Assembly: GCF_009914755.1 (NCBI RefSeq)
Contig: NC_060932.1
Reading direction: 5' to 3' (one strand)
Source of the DNA: the human T2T-CHM13v2.0 reference genome, Homo sapiens
DNA length: 64,000 bases
Shown here: one piece after another, positions 29,186-42,222 of the stretch
How the letters are laid out: the number at the start of each line of letters is the position of its first letter
How positions within the stretch are numbered: the first letter of the stretch is position 1
Made by a program: the position numbers and the translations under genes
The notes under the pieces: model-generated
What the model saw: the letters and a program-made list of their open reading frames with translations, nothing else
The model's database searches: none
What the model was told of the DNA's origin: nothing

Positions 29186-29726
29186 GAGAAAGATGGGGAC
29201 CAGGGAGGTCTTTGGGTCCAGGAAGTTCTCCTGGAGGCTCAGGTCTAGAGCCTGCCTGAAGAAAAATTAGACATCTTGAAGACACTGGGAAATATATAAG
29301 GCAAGTTCCCAGCATAGGGTAGTAAGTAAGAAGAGGCACACAGAGTTAACCTTGGGCCGATTTGGTCAACGCTCCTAACCCAGTAAGAGCTGGGGCTTCA
29401 TGGAGACCAGAGACCCCCATCTTAAACTTGCATGTACCCCCAGAGCGTTTATCTCAGCTGCCCGCAGGCATTTGATAGGAATTGCTAGAGTAAATGAATT
29501 CGTGAAAGAATGATGCTACAGCGCTGGGAAGACGCTGAGTCAACTTTTTGTCCATCGTGATTTCTGGGTCTATATATATTTTTTCTATTGTACAGTGTCT
29601 GCCAAGAACTACCAATTTGATAGCATCTTAGCACTAGACTGCAATGTGAGTTAGCTTAAGGCTTTTCATTTTTTGGTCTCTATTTTCACCTTAGGTTTTT
29701 TTTGCTGTCGTTTTTATTTTCCCTAG

Positions 29727-29764
29727 GTGCCAGTGCCCAACTCATTCTCATACTTACTCCCAAG
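29727..29764 (+). CDS. ADHFE1: ADHFE1 exon 2
   Basis: ccctag|G TGC CAG...CAA G|gtaata; CQCPTHSHTYSQ. Confidence 0.93.
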
Positions 29765-30660
29765 GTAATACTTCTGTATTTTTAAACTAGCCACAATTTT
29801 GGTTTCTGCATTTGGCATTATAATACATTTGGGTAGTGTATGTAAAGAAAACCAAGGCATGTGAGAGCAAGGTCCATGAAAACAGTTACCATTTCACTGT
29901 GAAATTGATAACACGTAACTCTATACAAAGTTAGCTGAATGTATACTACTAATCACGTGTTTGTTTGTCTCAAATATCTATTTAATGCTACTTACAACGC
30001 TTTTCTCTTTTAATTACTTGCCAAGTCTAAAAATGCACAGATAGGATTTTAAGAATGTCTGAGTTTGTCAAACAGAATTAATCAAGATGAAGTCTTTGGA
30101 AGGTTCTAAGACATCTCTAAAAACTGGAGGCTAAAGAACAAGAACAAGGTGGTTCCTAGAAAGAAAAACAAAACTTGTTTGTATCAGTCTTTAAAATAAT
30201 ATTGTATTTAAAATAATATTGTATTTCCTAATACTTAAAAATAATAACAAACCTTCAGTTACCACAACATCTTAGTCATTACCAAACACCAAACACTGTG
30301 GTCCACAGAGCAGCAGGAAACTCAACATAGTTTCAGCATGTCCTAAGAATGTCACATGGATTACTGACACAACCACTGATTTTGTCTCTTCTAAGGTCAG
30401 ATCTAAACATTAAGGCAAGAGTTGGAAAGGAAAGAGGCTGACCATCCAGGATCCTAAGCAGAAACCCACAGAGAAGCCTGTTGGGGAGTTAGAACAGAGA
30501 GAGTAACTCGCCAAGGGCTTTCTCTTGCCCAAGGAGTGACTCACCCTTCAGGACAAGCCAAGGGACCTCCCTGTCCATCATTAACTGCCATCTATGAGAC
30601 AGAAACATATCCAACCTTTAAGGCCCTTCTGAACATATACAGAATTTTGTCTTCAGCTGA

Positions 30661-31035
<375 letters not shown>

Positions 31036-31279
31036 TGAAGGTAGATTGTTGTCCAGTTCTGATCTATTTTCCTTAAAAAAGAAAAAGCATAATGAAAATT
31101 GTTCTGTAGACTTTATCGTATGACTGACCAGTATTGATATAAATAAGTATTGATAAAAACAAGGATAAAAATCTTTAATTAGGTCCCTTTCATTGTTCCA
31201 ATATGACAGAAAATCATTTTTACCATAATTAAAACCTAATCCTTTGCAAGGAAATAGCACCTTATAAAAATGTTTATTA

Positions 31280-31641
<362 letters not shown>

Positions 31642-31849
31642 TTAAAAAAAACAATTCAAACAAGTTATCACAGTTGCTATAAGAAGTGTAAGCAAGCCTC
31701 TAATTCATGAACTTACTAATAGTTGTTCTGTAATAGTAACCCAACTCTAAACCAGGGGATTTTTTTCCTAGAGGATTGTTACACATTAGATTTTCAAACA
31801 CATATTTTAAATATAATGCAAGAAATGTTTTATTATTTTCACAAATTAG

Positions 31850-32175
<326 letters not shown>

Positions 32176-32362
32176 GCATTACATTCTATCTTAAAATACA
32201 GGTATTGATTTTAATTTGATGTGCAACAGTGAAACCTGGAAAAAATATATTTTTGGTAAGACTTCAAAGGAAATACTTATGTTCACTGCTGGATTTTACT
32301 ATCAAATAACATTTATGCTTTTTTTTAAAGACCCACTTTGATGCTAACTTTTACATTTCTAG

Positions 32363-32409
32363 CCCCTGGACTTTCACCTTCTGGGAAAACAACAGATTAT
32401 GCCTTTGAG
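32363..32409 (+). CDS. ADHFE1: ADHFE1 exon 3
   Basis: ttctag|CC CCT...GAG|gtatat; APGLSPSGKTTDYAFE. Confidence 0.93.
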
Positions 32410-32821
32410 GTATATTCACTCAATCCATTATTTCTTTTATGAATGACTAGAAAAAAATAAAACTAGAATATTTTGCTAATGAATTATTATTTTATTTTAA
32501 ATCTGTTATTAATTCACATTCCATAATCTCTATTTGATCAGACCATATTTAGCAAAGTACCTGGTTGGTATAATGGAATATAAACCTTCTGAGATCATGG
32601 CTAATGTCTAGAGTGCTGTCTTTGTAGAGTCACTAAAATAGGATAAATTCCCAATTCTACAAATTCTCCAGTACATATATGTTATGTGTTAAATCTTTAG
32701 TTTTTTAATTATAACAATCCCAAAAGAGGTCAAAGTAAAGTAACAATTCTGGTGCATTTTTATCACACTGTAATTACATAATTACTTATAATTATTTGTT
32801 TAAGTCCCTGTCTTCTCCTAG

Positions 32822-33127
<306 letters not shown>

Positions 33128-33184
33128 TCAGGAATGACTAATTAAAATGTCACCGGGGGCCTGACAGTTAACCAAGAGATGACC

Positions 33185-33460
33185 AGGCTGGGTGATGCCA
33201 TGGTGAGCTCACTGAAGGCACAGGCCCCATCTAAGGTGTGACTCCACTCAACCTTATAAGATCACTGCCATATGGGAATGCATTCCCAGTTTGCTGGATT
33301 ATTCAAGAGAAAGTGAAATTCAGATGGTCTTATTAAATTTTTTATCCTGATTTTTAAGCATTATTAGTCAATTCAAAAAAAAAAAGAAATTTAAACGTAA
33401 CACAGATCAAATAAAATATATTTCAGGCGAAACATGACCCATCATCCATCAGTGTAAAAG
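33185..33460. mobile_element. MER102-like hAT remnant
   Basis: ccatctaag...tgggaatgcattcccagt...tcaagagaaagtgaaattcagat; family from memory. Confidence 0.45.
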
Positions 33461-33916
33461 CCTTTCTCTCACCCGTAAACTTTATGAGGCCCTGTGTCTC
33501 TTATTCATAGTTGAGTTACCAGAGCCTACACAGTGCCTCGAACATAGAAGACAGTAGCATTGACTGGGTGGCAGGTATGCAAGGGTGGGTGGATGAATGG
33601 AAAGTAAGACATTTGAGAGTTATTTTACAGGTGGAGTTGGAAGAAGGTAGGCATTTGAAGCTAAGGGAACAGTTGAGAGTTTATGATGTGTTTGGGAAAA
33701 GACAAGTCATTCAAATGACAGGAGCTGAAGTTTGCTTAAGGAAGTGTGGTGCGTCCACACTTCTTTAAGTGAGACCAGGTGGGAGATGACCTGGAAGACC
33801 ATGCTAAGGAGTGTATACTTTATGCTCTAGGCAACAAGAAACCATTTCAGGTTTTTAGAAATGGACTGGCCAACTCTCAAATACTCCCTACACCTAAACC
33901 TTTTTATTTTTTTCAG

Positions 33917-33970
33917 ATGGCTGTTTCAAATATTAGATATGGAGCAGCAGTTACAAAGGAAGTAGGAATG
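33917..33970 (+). CDS. ADHFE1: ADHFE1 exon 4 (GC donor)
   Basis: tttcag|ATG...ATG|gcaagt; MAVSNIRYGAAVTKEVGM. Confidence 0.93.
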
Positions 33971-34143
33971 GCAAGTATTCGAGATGTCTACGGTCTCCTA
34001 CTGTAAATGTTACATATCTCACAAGACCATGCTAAATGACAACAATCACATCCTCTATTTTTAAAAATGTACAACGTGAGTTTGCCAGAAGAGTCTATTG
34101 CAGTTCTAGTGGAGTTGAACCTAACTTATAGGTTTTCTTGTAG

Positions 34144-34298
34144 GACCTAAAAAACATGGGTGCTAAAAATGTGTGCTTGATGACAGACAAGAACCTCTCC
34201 AAGCTCCCTCCTGTGCAAGTAGCTATGGATTCCCTAGTGAAGAATGGCATCCCCTTTACGGTTTATGATAATGTGAGAGTGGAACCAACGGATTCAAG
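34144..34298 (+). CDS. ADHFE1: ADHFE1 exon 5
   Basis: ttgtag|GAC...AG|gtattc; DLKNMGAKNVCLMTD...VRVEPTDS. Confidence 0.95.
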
Positions 34299-34334
34299 GT
34301 ATTCTTGTATTGTTGTTATTGTTTCTTTACTTTA

Positions 34335-34718
<384 letters not shown>

Positions 34719-34767
34719 TTATTTCTGAAAAATATAACATACTGGTTTTTATTTTCTCTTCTCCAAG

Positions 34768-34964
34768 CTTCATGGAAGCTATTGAGTTTGCCCAAAAGGG
34801 AGCTTTTGATGCCTATGTTGCTGTCGGTGGTGGCTCTACCATGGACACCTGTAAGGCTGCTAATCTGTATGCATCCAGCCCTCATTCTGATTTCCTAGAT
34901 TATGTCAGTGCCCCCATTGGCAAGGGAAAGCCTGTGTCTGTGCCTCTTAAGCCTCTGATTGCAG
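34768..34964 (+). CDS. ADHFE1: ADHFE1 exon 6 (GGGS nucleotide-binding motif)
   Basis: tccaag|C TTC...GCA G|gtaaag; FMEAIEF...[13 protein letters not shown]...KPLIA. Confidence 0.96.
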
Positions 34965-36039
34965 GTAAAGACTGTTTATTTCTTTGTTTGTTTTATTTTG
35001 CAATTAGCAATAGATCTTAAGAAAGATGCAAGCCAGTCCTTTTAACATACACATTTCGAAAGCTTTCTGGTTTGTTCATTTCAAATCAATGCCTTGTTTG
35101 GAGAACAATCATTCATTTTAAAATTCTGATCTTCATTATTGTATAGATAAAGACAATTGGGGTCAGTGGAAGGAAAGTTTGCAGATTTAAGCTATGGGGT
35201 CACCATGTGGAAAAGGGGGAAGGTCATCACTGACATATGATGAGATCCCTCTGTCAGCAGCTTTGTCCTTTAAACTGCTCTCTGTTTTGTCCCATTTTGC
35301 CAGCCACTGTAGAGTTTAAGGAGAACATTAGCTGTTATTTTTCTGGTGTTGACTCAACCTTTTCTTCTACATAATGGCTCTTCAGCTGACCTCAGGCTTT
35401 GTCTCTTCCCTGGGACATGTGGCCAGCATGGCCCATCATGCTGGGTGACATCTGCTCTGTGGCTACCCAGGGCACAGACGTACAAATCCAAATCAGAATA
35501 GCTCATTTGTTCCACAGGGGACCTTGAGATTTTCTAGTCTTTTCTTCTCTGCCATTTTTATGGCTGCTAGCATATTACTATTTAAAGTTTTATAGCTAAC
35601 ATGCACTAACTGGTAACTGGGACATATCCTCAGTTTAAAGTTTTGCCCTTTCTTCTCCCCTCTCCTGCCCTATTGTGAAGAGGCCTTGTGATGGGATGTG
35701 AGTAAGTCGATGGCAGATGAACTGCTGTGTTGTGAATGAGGGATCAGCAGGGAGCAGCATAATTGGTGTCTGGCAAATGGAACCCTCTGGTGAAACTGTG
35801 TCAGCATCACACAGAGGGGTGATTAGTAAAGTTTAGAAACTTGACAGAACCACAAAACCACGGAGCCCAGCAAAGGCAGAGCGTCACTGTGCTTGCTGCC
35901 AAGAGGGAATAAAGATGTCTTTTAGAGACAGCAAATATGAGTTTTGTTACCAGAGGTGCTGGGCAGCCTGCATTGACCCAGCTGCAGCTGCTTAAGCTCT
36001 GGCCCCCAGGGAGCCTGAGGTTCCCAGAGCTCACTGCTA

Positions 36040-36695
36040 TTAATACAGCACAGTCATCACACACGTGCATGATTAACATACATACATGTTAACAAAGACA
36101 CAGAAGTCATACATGCATGTTAACACAGGTACAGAGATCACATGCACATTAAACACACATGTATGTTAATACAGACAGACACCATATATATTAACACTCA
36201 TATTTATGCAGAAGCAGGCAATATGCATATTAAACGTGACCATGTTAATGCAGACACATACATGCATATTAAACACACATGCATGCTAAACATGCACGTA
36301 TGTTAATGCAGACATGGACATCATACATGCATGCTAACACATACAGAGGTCACACATACATATTAAATATACATACATATTAATACAGACACAGACATTA
36401 TGCATATTAAACAACATAAACATTCATCCAGCAGTCATGATACATGTCAAACATGCAAGTGCATTAATTCAGGCATAGACATCAATGTACATGCTAAACA
36501 TACATGCATGCCAATATAGATACAGACCTCATGCATGCCTGTTAATGCAGATACAGACATCATACACATTGGACTTACATGCATGATAACACAGACACTG
36601 ACATCCTCCATGTTAGATTACATACATATTAATGCAGACACGGACATCATACATGTTAGGTTTCCATACATGTTAATTCATATATATCATGCAAA
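36040..36695. repeat. Degenerate AC/AT-rich low-complexity tandem array
   Basis: recurring catgc, ttaa, gcagaca, catac units. Confidence 0.85.
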
Positions 36696-36813
36696 CAAGA
36701 GGGTCAGCAAAGTTTCCTTCTCTAATTTTGTTCCTCAGTCCTAAGGCTGAATTAGGTATCTCCACTAACCTTTATTTAGATGCTTTATTAAAATTAATAT
36801 TATTTTGTTCAAG

Positions 36814-36891
36814 TGCCAACTACCTCAGGAACCGGGAGTGAAACTACTGGGGTTGCCATTTTTGACTATGAACACTTGAAAGTAAAAATTG
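36814..36891 (+). CDS. ADHFE1: ADHFE1 exon 7 (PTTxGTGSE motif)
   Basis: ttcaag|TG CCA...ATT G|gtaaga; [26 protein letters not shown]. Confidence 0.96.
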
Positions 36892-36984
36892 GTAAGAACC
36901 ATACTTTTGAATTATCTCCCTTACCTTTCAACTCCACACTCTTCTTTAAATCCTAATATTTAAAAATCAAGCAGTTATGATACA

Positions 36985-37220
36985 GTTAGAATAAGCCCCA
37001 ATATTCTATAGAAGAGCAAGGTGACGAAAGTCAGCAACAAAGTATTGTATATTTCAGAGTAGCTAGAAGAGAGGACTTGAAATATTCCCAAAAAGTACTC
37101 AGAGTGATGGATACCCCACAGAGCCTGACTTGATCATCACACTTTCTATGTATGTAACCAATACTCACATGTACCCTGTAAATATGTTAAATATTTTGTA
37201 TCAAGTTTAAAAAGAAAGGA
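36985..37220 (+). mobile_element. L1MA-like 3'UTR fragment
   Basis: attgtatatttcagagtagctagaagagaggacttgaa...gatggatacccc...catgtaccctgtaaatatg. Confidence 0.8.
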
Positions 37221-38046
37221 AAAAATCAAGGAGCCAAGGAAAGGGTTTGTATATATACACATTTTCTTTCCTTTTCCAAGTACATATAAAAATATGAAAC
37301 AATGTAATAAACTTCTTGAGAATTACTGCTGAAAGCATATTGAAATGCCATGAATCTTAATTGGCCATTCTCTGCCCAAGTTACTGACTGTATACCAATG
37401 ATAAATGGCTGTTTCCTTTCTCTGACATATTTTTTACATTTTAAATCAATTTTATTGAGATATGACTTTTGTATAATAAAATGCACACATTTTAAGAATC
37501 TGGTTTGATGAGCCTTGACAAACATATATGCTCATGTAACCACCACCCCAATCAAGATACAAAACATTCCCACCACTCCAGAAAGTTTCCTCATGCTCCG
37601 TCCCAGCCAATCCCTCCAGTCCTTTTCCCAGGTAACCTCTGTTCTGCTTTCTGTCTTCTTAGTCATTTTTATGCCGTCTTCTCTGTCTCAGACTCTTGGC
37701 TAATGCGGTAGAAATGTCTCTCTTTTTAGTCTGGCTCAATATCCTGCTTTCAGATCTTCGTAGCAGAATAAATTGACATTTAACTGCACACTTTTAGTAA
37801 CTTTTCTTTTTAAAATTAAATTGCACTATCCTTTGACATTTCTTAAGTTGATGATAATAATGGCCAACACTTACATTCTACCTTACAGTTTCTAAAGACT
37901 TTTACCTAATATTCTCTCATTTGATCCCTACAACAGCTCAATGAGAGCTGGAGGCCCTGTGCTATTATTATAGTCTAATCTTACAGAGAACTCAGAGAGG
38001 CTAAGTGACTTGCCCAAAGACACAAAGTAAGTTGCAGAGTGAGGAC

Positions 38047-38238
38047 CAGTGGTGTGCTAGTAAACTGGCTCTCTGGAATTTAATAATAAACAAGTAAGCC
38101 CTGACTTGTAGTGTTGGCCCATTTCTGTGGTGTAAATACTCTCACCATGGCCAGTGACATCACTCATCCAGGAGTAGGAAAGAGATGCATACACATGGCC
38201 CTTGGAAACCAGTAGGAGCCAGCTCCAACACACCACTG
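38047..38238. mobile_element. MER63-like hAT MITE nested in a MIR (~37855-38280)
   Basis: terminal inverted repeats cagtggtgtg ... cacaccactg. Confidence 0.7.
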
Positions 38239-38414
38239 AAAACCCCAGGTTTCTGACTCTAAATCACTTTCCATTGCTCCTTACTGCCTCACTACATGAA
38301 AATGAACCTTTTCTCATATTTTTATTTTTAGGCTGATTTATTATCCTGAAGTCATTTTTCTTCTTAAAATGATGCCCATGGCTTTAGCCTCTACTGAAAA
38401 TCCTTATGTTTTAG

Positions 38415-38520
38415 GCATCACTTCGAGAGCCATCAAACCCACACTGGGACTGATTGATCCTCTGCACACCCTCCACATGCCTGCCCGAGTGGTCGCCAAC
38501 AGTGGCTTTGATGTGCTTTG
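38415..38520 (+). CDS. ADHFE1: ADHFE1 exon 8
   Basis: ttttag|GC ATC...TG|gtaagt; GITSRAIKPTLGLIDP...SGFDVL. Confidence 0.95.
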
Positions 38521-38775
38521 GTAAGTGCTGGTGCCTCCTGGAGGGGCTTTTTTAGTACTGGGTCTATGGATAGTATTTTGTTGCTCAACGCACATGCTAA
38601 GTATTCATTGATTAGCACCCCACAACATCCCTAGCTTTGGCTGTCATTACCCCCTGTCCTAAATCAAACATTCAAGCTTTAGAGGTTGGTGACTAGGTGA
38701 CATCTGGTGTGGGCCACAAACCTGCTCTTCAGGATGGATCCCCCCCAGCCACAGCCAGGGACATAGGGATGCCGC

Positions 38776-38893
38776 TAAAGGGGCAGTTGGAGCTGGTGTG
38801 CAGCATCTCAGGGGATAAAGGGGCAGTTGGAGCTGGTGTGCAGCATCTCAGGGGATAAAGGGGCAGTTGGAGCTGGTGTGCAGCATCTCAGGG
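38776..38893. repeat. 40-bp minisatellite, ~3 perfect copies
   Basis: unit taaaggggcagttggagctggtgtgcagcatctcagggga. Confidence 0.97.
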
Positions 38894-39370
38894 ACACACC
38901 AGCTACCTTTATGGCCTCACTAACTAGGCAATGCCCAAGGCTTCATGTCATGGAAGAGGGCAGGGAACAGAGCTAACACCTCCAGAGCACCCCCAGACCA
39001 TGCACATTGTGTTAGCACCTCACATACATCACTTCACTGCAGTTCTGTGTGATACAGGACCTTTGTTTTATTGAACAAGAAAACTGGGTTTGAGATGTTT
39101 AGTGACTTGCCCATAGTCTTACTGTATGTTCCCTCGGCTTCAGCTGCTTTGTGCCGATGGCCCCCTAATCAGTATTTCTATCACAGACCTTGCTCCTGAG
39201 CTCCAGGCCTCATGGAGACCCCACAGGCACTTCACATTCAGCATGTGCCAAATGACCCTTGTTCATCTATGTGCACATGCACATTTTTTTCACATTTTAA
39301 CACCTCTGAAATCAGGACATAACTTAAAATCTGTGGCATCACAGTATGTTTTCATCCTCCGTGGTACCTA

Positions 39371-39551
<181 letters not shown>

Positions 39552-41502
39552 ACATCCCTGTACAGTGACTGTCACATCCTAGGTACTTGTATACTGCTAG
39601 TTCACACAAGCAGGAGGTGACAGAGTTAGAACTCACATCCAGGTCCCCCAGGGCCATGGTCTGCTTCCCTCACTATGTTATGCTGCCTGCCAAGAGACTG
39701 TAGAAAATTGTGTCTAACTCCATTCTGGTCAATATTGTCAGAACTTTGATGAGCTGTTCCCTAATAACCTGGAAATGAGGGGAATAAGGTTATCCTTCCT
39801 AACTGTAAAGTACATAGTAAATACATCATGACCCAAAGCAGCCACCCTTAAGTGGGTGACTCACAGGCCCAAAGGCTTCACTGTCAATCAAAGTGGGGAG
39901 TGGGCTCAGAAGGCAGGAGAATAATGGCAGTTGCTCTTTCAAGTACTGCCCAAGGGAAAGAACACCTGGCCTGAGGAATCTGCCCATAAGGCCCAGTGGC
40001 CTGTTCTGAAGGTGGACAAGCCATGTATTAAATCTTCGAGGTAACTCCCCTCATTAGGACTCCATGGACTTCTGGTCATAAAGTGGCCATCCTAGGGCTT
40101 GACTGTAGGGAGAGAAGGTGCCATCGGGAAGACTCTGATGTCTGCTTAGCAGTTATATTTCTTGTCATAAAGCATTAAGCTGACTTCCAGGCTTTACACA
40201 TAGTTTCTGTGAGCTTAGCTCAGTGAGTCCACCCCTGAGAAACAAATCTGCACTTGGATCTGGGATCTGATGCAGTCTAAATGTGCTGCAAGGCAGAGGT
40301 CACACTCTGACTACAGTGGCCTCACCGGCCACCCCAACTTCCCCATGTGGACACCTCATTCTTGCATTATTCACACATTCCCCGCTTAGAACCACAAAGC
40401 CTTCATATCCATCTACAAACTAATTTCCAAAACAATTTTCTAATGATTGGTCCAAAAAATATTATCTGCTTCTCATATGTAGAAGAGAGTAATTCCTCCA
40501 TTCTAGGGAAAACGAAAACTGTAATTCATGCAAAACATGGGGTCATCTCCCTTCACAGTCAAGTGAAAGGAGAGTGTCCCAGAAACATTACAGAGGCCCC
40601 CATGGGGAATTATACTGAAAACTATAATTCATGCAAAATATAGTTCATGTTACACTGTGTTTCCAGTGCATCACTGATGTAGACGGTGATGTCTGTTCTC
40701 TTCTGCAGTTGATGAGCTAGAAGTCATGGCAGGCCAGCAGGTGGAGGCAGCTATGAAGCTTAGTTCTTGAAGTAGCAAACTCTGAGTTTACGGTACATAA
40801 GAGAAAAAGATCTGCTTTTTCTTCAGGCCAAGAATTAATAATAATAGTGAATACTAAGGTATACAATGTGCCAGGTACTCTTCTAAATACTTTACATGTG
40901 TCAACTCATCGAATTTTCACAGCCACATCATGAACCAGTACTATTATTTATCCCTGTCTTAGAGTCAGGGTAGTGCCTCACACCAGGTCCGCAGCAGGAA
41001 TATCTTGTTCCAGGATTGACATCTGGGCAGCTGACCCCAAAGTCTATATTCTCACTCATTACACTGTAATTTTCATAGAAATCTGGTGTAGCTATGACCC
41101 ACTTTTGGTAATATGGTATTTGATCAATGCAAGGTATAAAATGGTAAATATCTTCCATAAGGAAGTCATTTTTTAGATTCAGTGCTTTTTTGTTGCTCAA
41201 ATATATAATTCGACACCATAAAAATGTATTGACACTAGAAAAGGTCCATATATAATCTTATACATACTACTCAAAAATACTGTAATGCTGTTAATGTAAA
41301 CTCAACTGTATTAATTTATATTATAAGTAATGACTGTTGCAGGCAAGAGGTGGGCTGGTAGAATGTACTGTGATCATCAGTGTTAGATAATATATCCACC
41401 GTGGGTTGAGTGCCAAACAGCTCCAAGACAGGTTGTGATCTAAATGGAGGGAAGGAGGAAGATGACGCTTTCCATCTGTGTACTTTCAATATTTCTTTTT
41501 AG

Positions 41503-41655
41503 CCATGCCCTGGAGTCATACACCACCCTGCCCTACCACCTGCGGAGCCCCTGCCCTTCAAATCCCATCACACGGCCTGCGTACCAGGGCAGCAACCCAA
41601 TCAGTGACATTTGGGCTATCCACGCGCTGCGGATCGTGGCTAAGTATCTGAAGAG
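41503..41655 (+). CDS. ADHFE1: ADHFE1 exon 9
   Basis: ttttag|C CAT...AG|gtatgt; HALESYTTLPY...IVAKYLKR. Confidence 0.96.
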
Positions 41656-42056
41656 GTATGTCACCCCGAAGGGGATAGAAATAGAACAGGAGGCCCACAT
41701 TCTGCCAGCACGTGAAACATGACATGCCTGAGCCTGAAATATCCTGAGCAGGTCTGTTCCAGAAAAGCAGTCAGTGGATGCGCAGAAGCCCCAGACACCA
41801 GCAGCCTCTGGAGGGACCCAAGGGACAGGCAGATGAAAACTGGGTCCTTCAGTCCCTAAAAGGCAAAGGCAGCCAGGGGACAAACTAGGAGCCAAGCTAG
41901 GATGAGGGGTGGTGTCCTTTGAGATTTGGCTCCCCAGGGCAGAAATGAGACCCACACTGGCAGATGTTGGCTATGCCCATCCAGGCCCTGTCCGAAGACA
42001 CACAGAATCCATCCTTTGAGTTAACTCAAATGAACTAAACTTAAGACATAAATGTG

Positions 42057-42222
42057 GGCTGGGCACAATGGCTCACACCAGTAATCCCAGCACTTTGGGA
42101 GGCCAAAGCAGGAGGATGGCTTGAAGCCAGGAGTTCGAGGTTGCAGTTAGCTATGATTGCACCACTGCACTCCAGCCTGGGTGACAGAGCAAGACCCTGT
42201 CTCAATTTAAAAAAGAAAAGAA
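42057..42222 (+). mobile_element. Alu monomer (FRAM/FAM-like)
   Basis: single-arm Alu with A tail. Confidence 0.85.

Noticed and set aside
28487-29339. Cluster of 80-164 aa ORFs at the intronic CpG island
   Set aside because: Low stop-codon frequency due to GC content; no coherent exon structure or homology that I recognise
38776-38893. CRISPR-like appearance of the direct repeats
   Set aside because: Head-to-tail repeats without unique spacers in a eukaryotic intron; a VNTR
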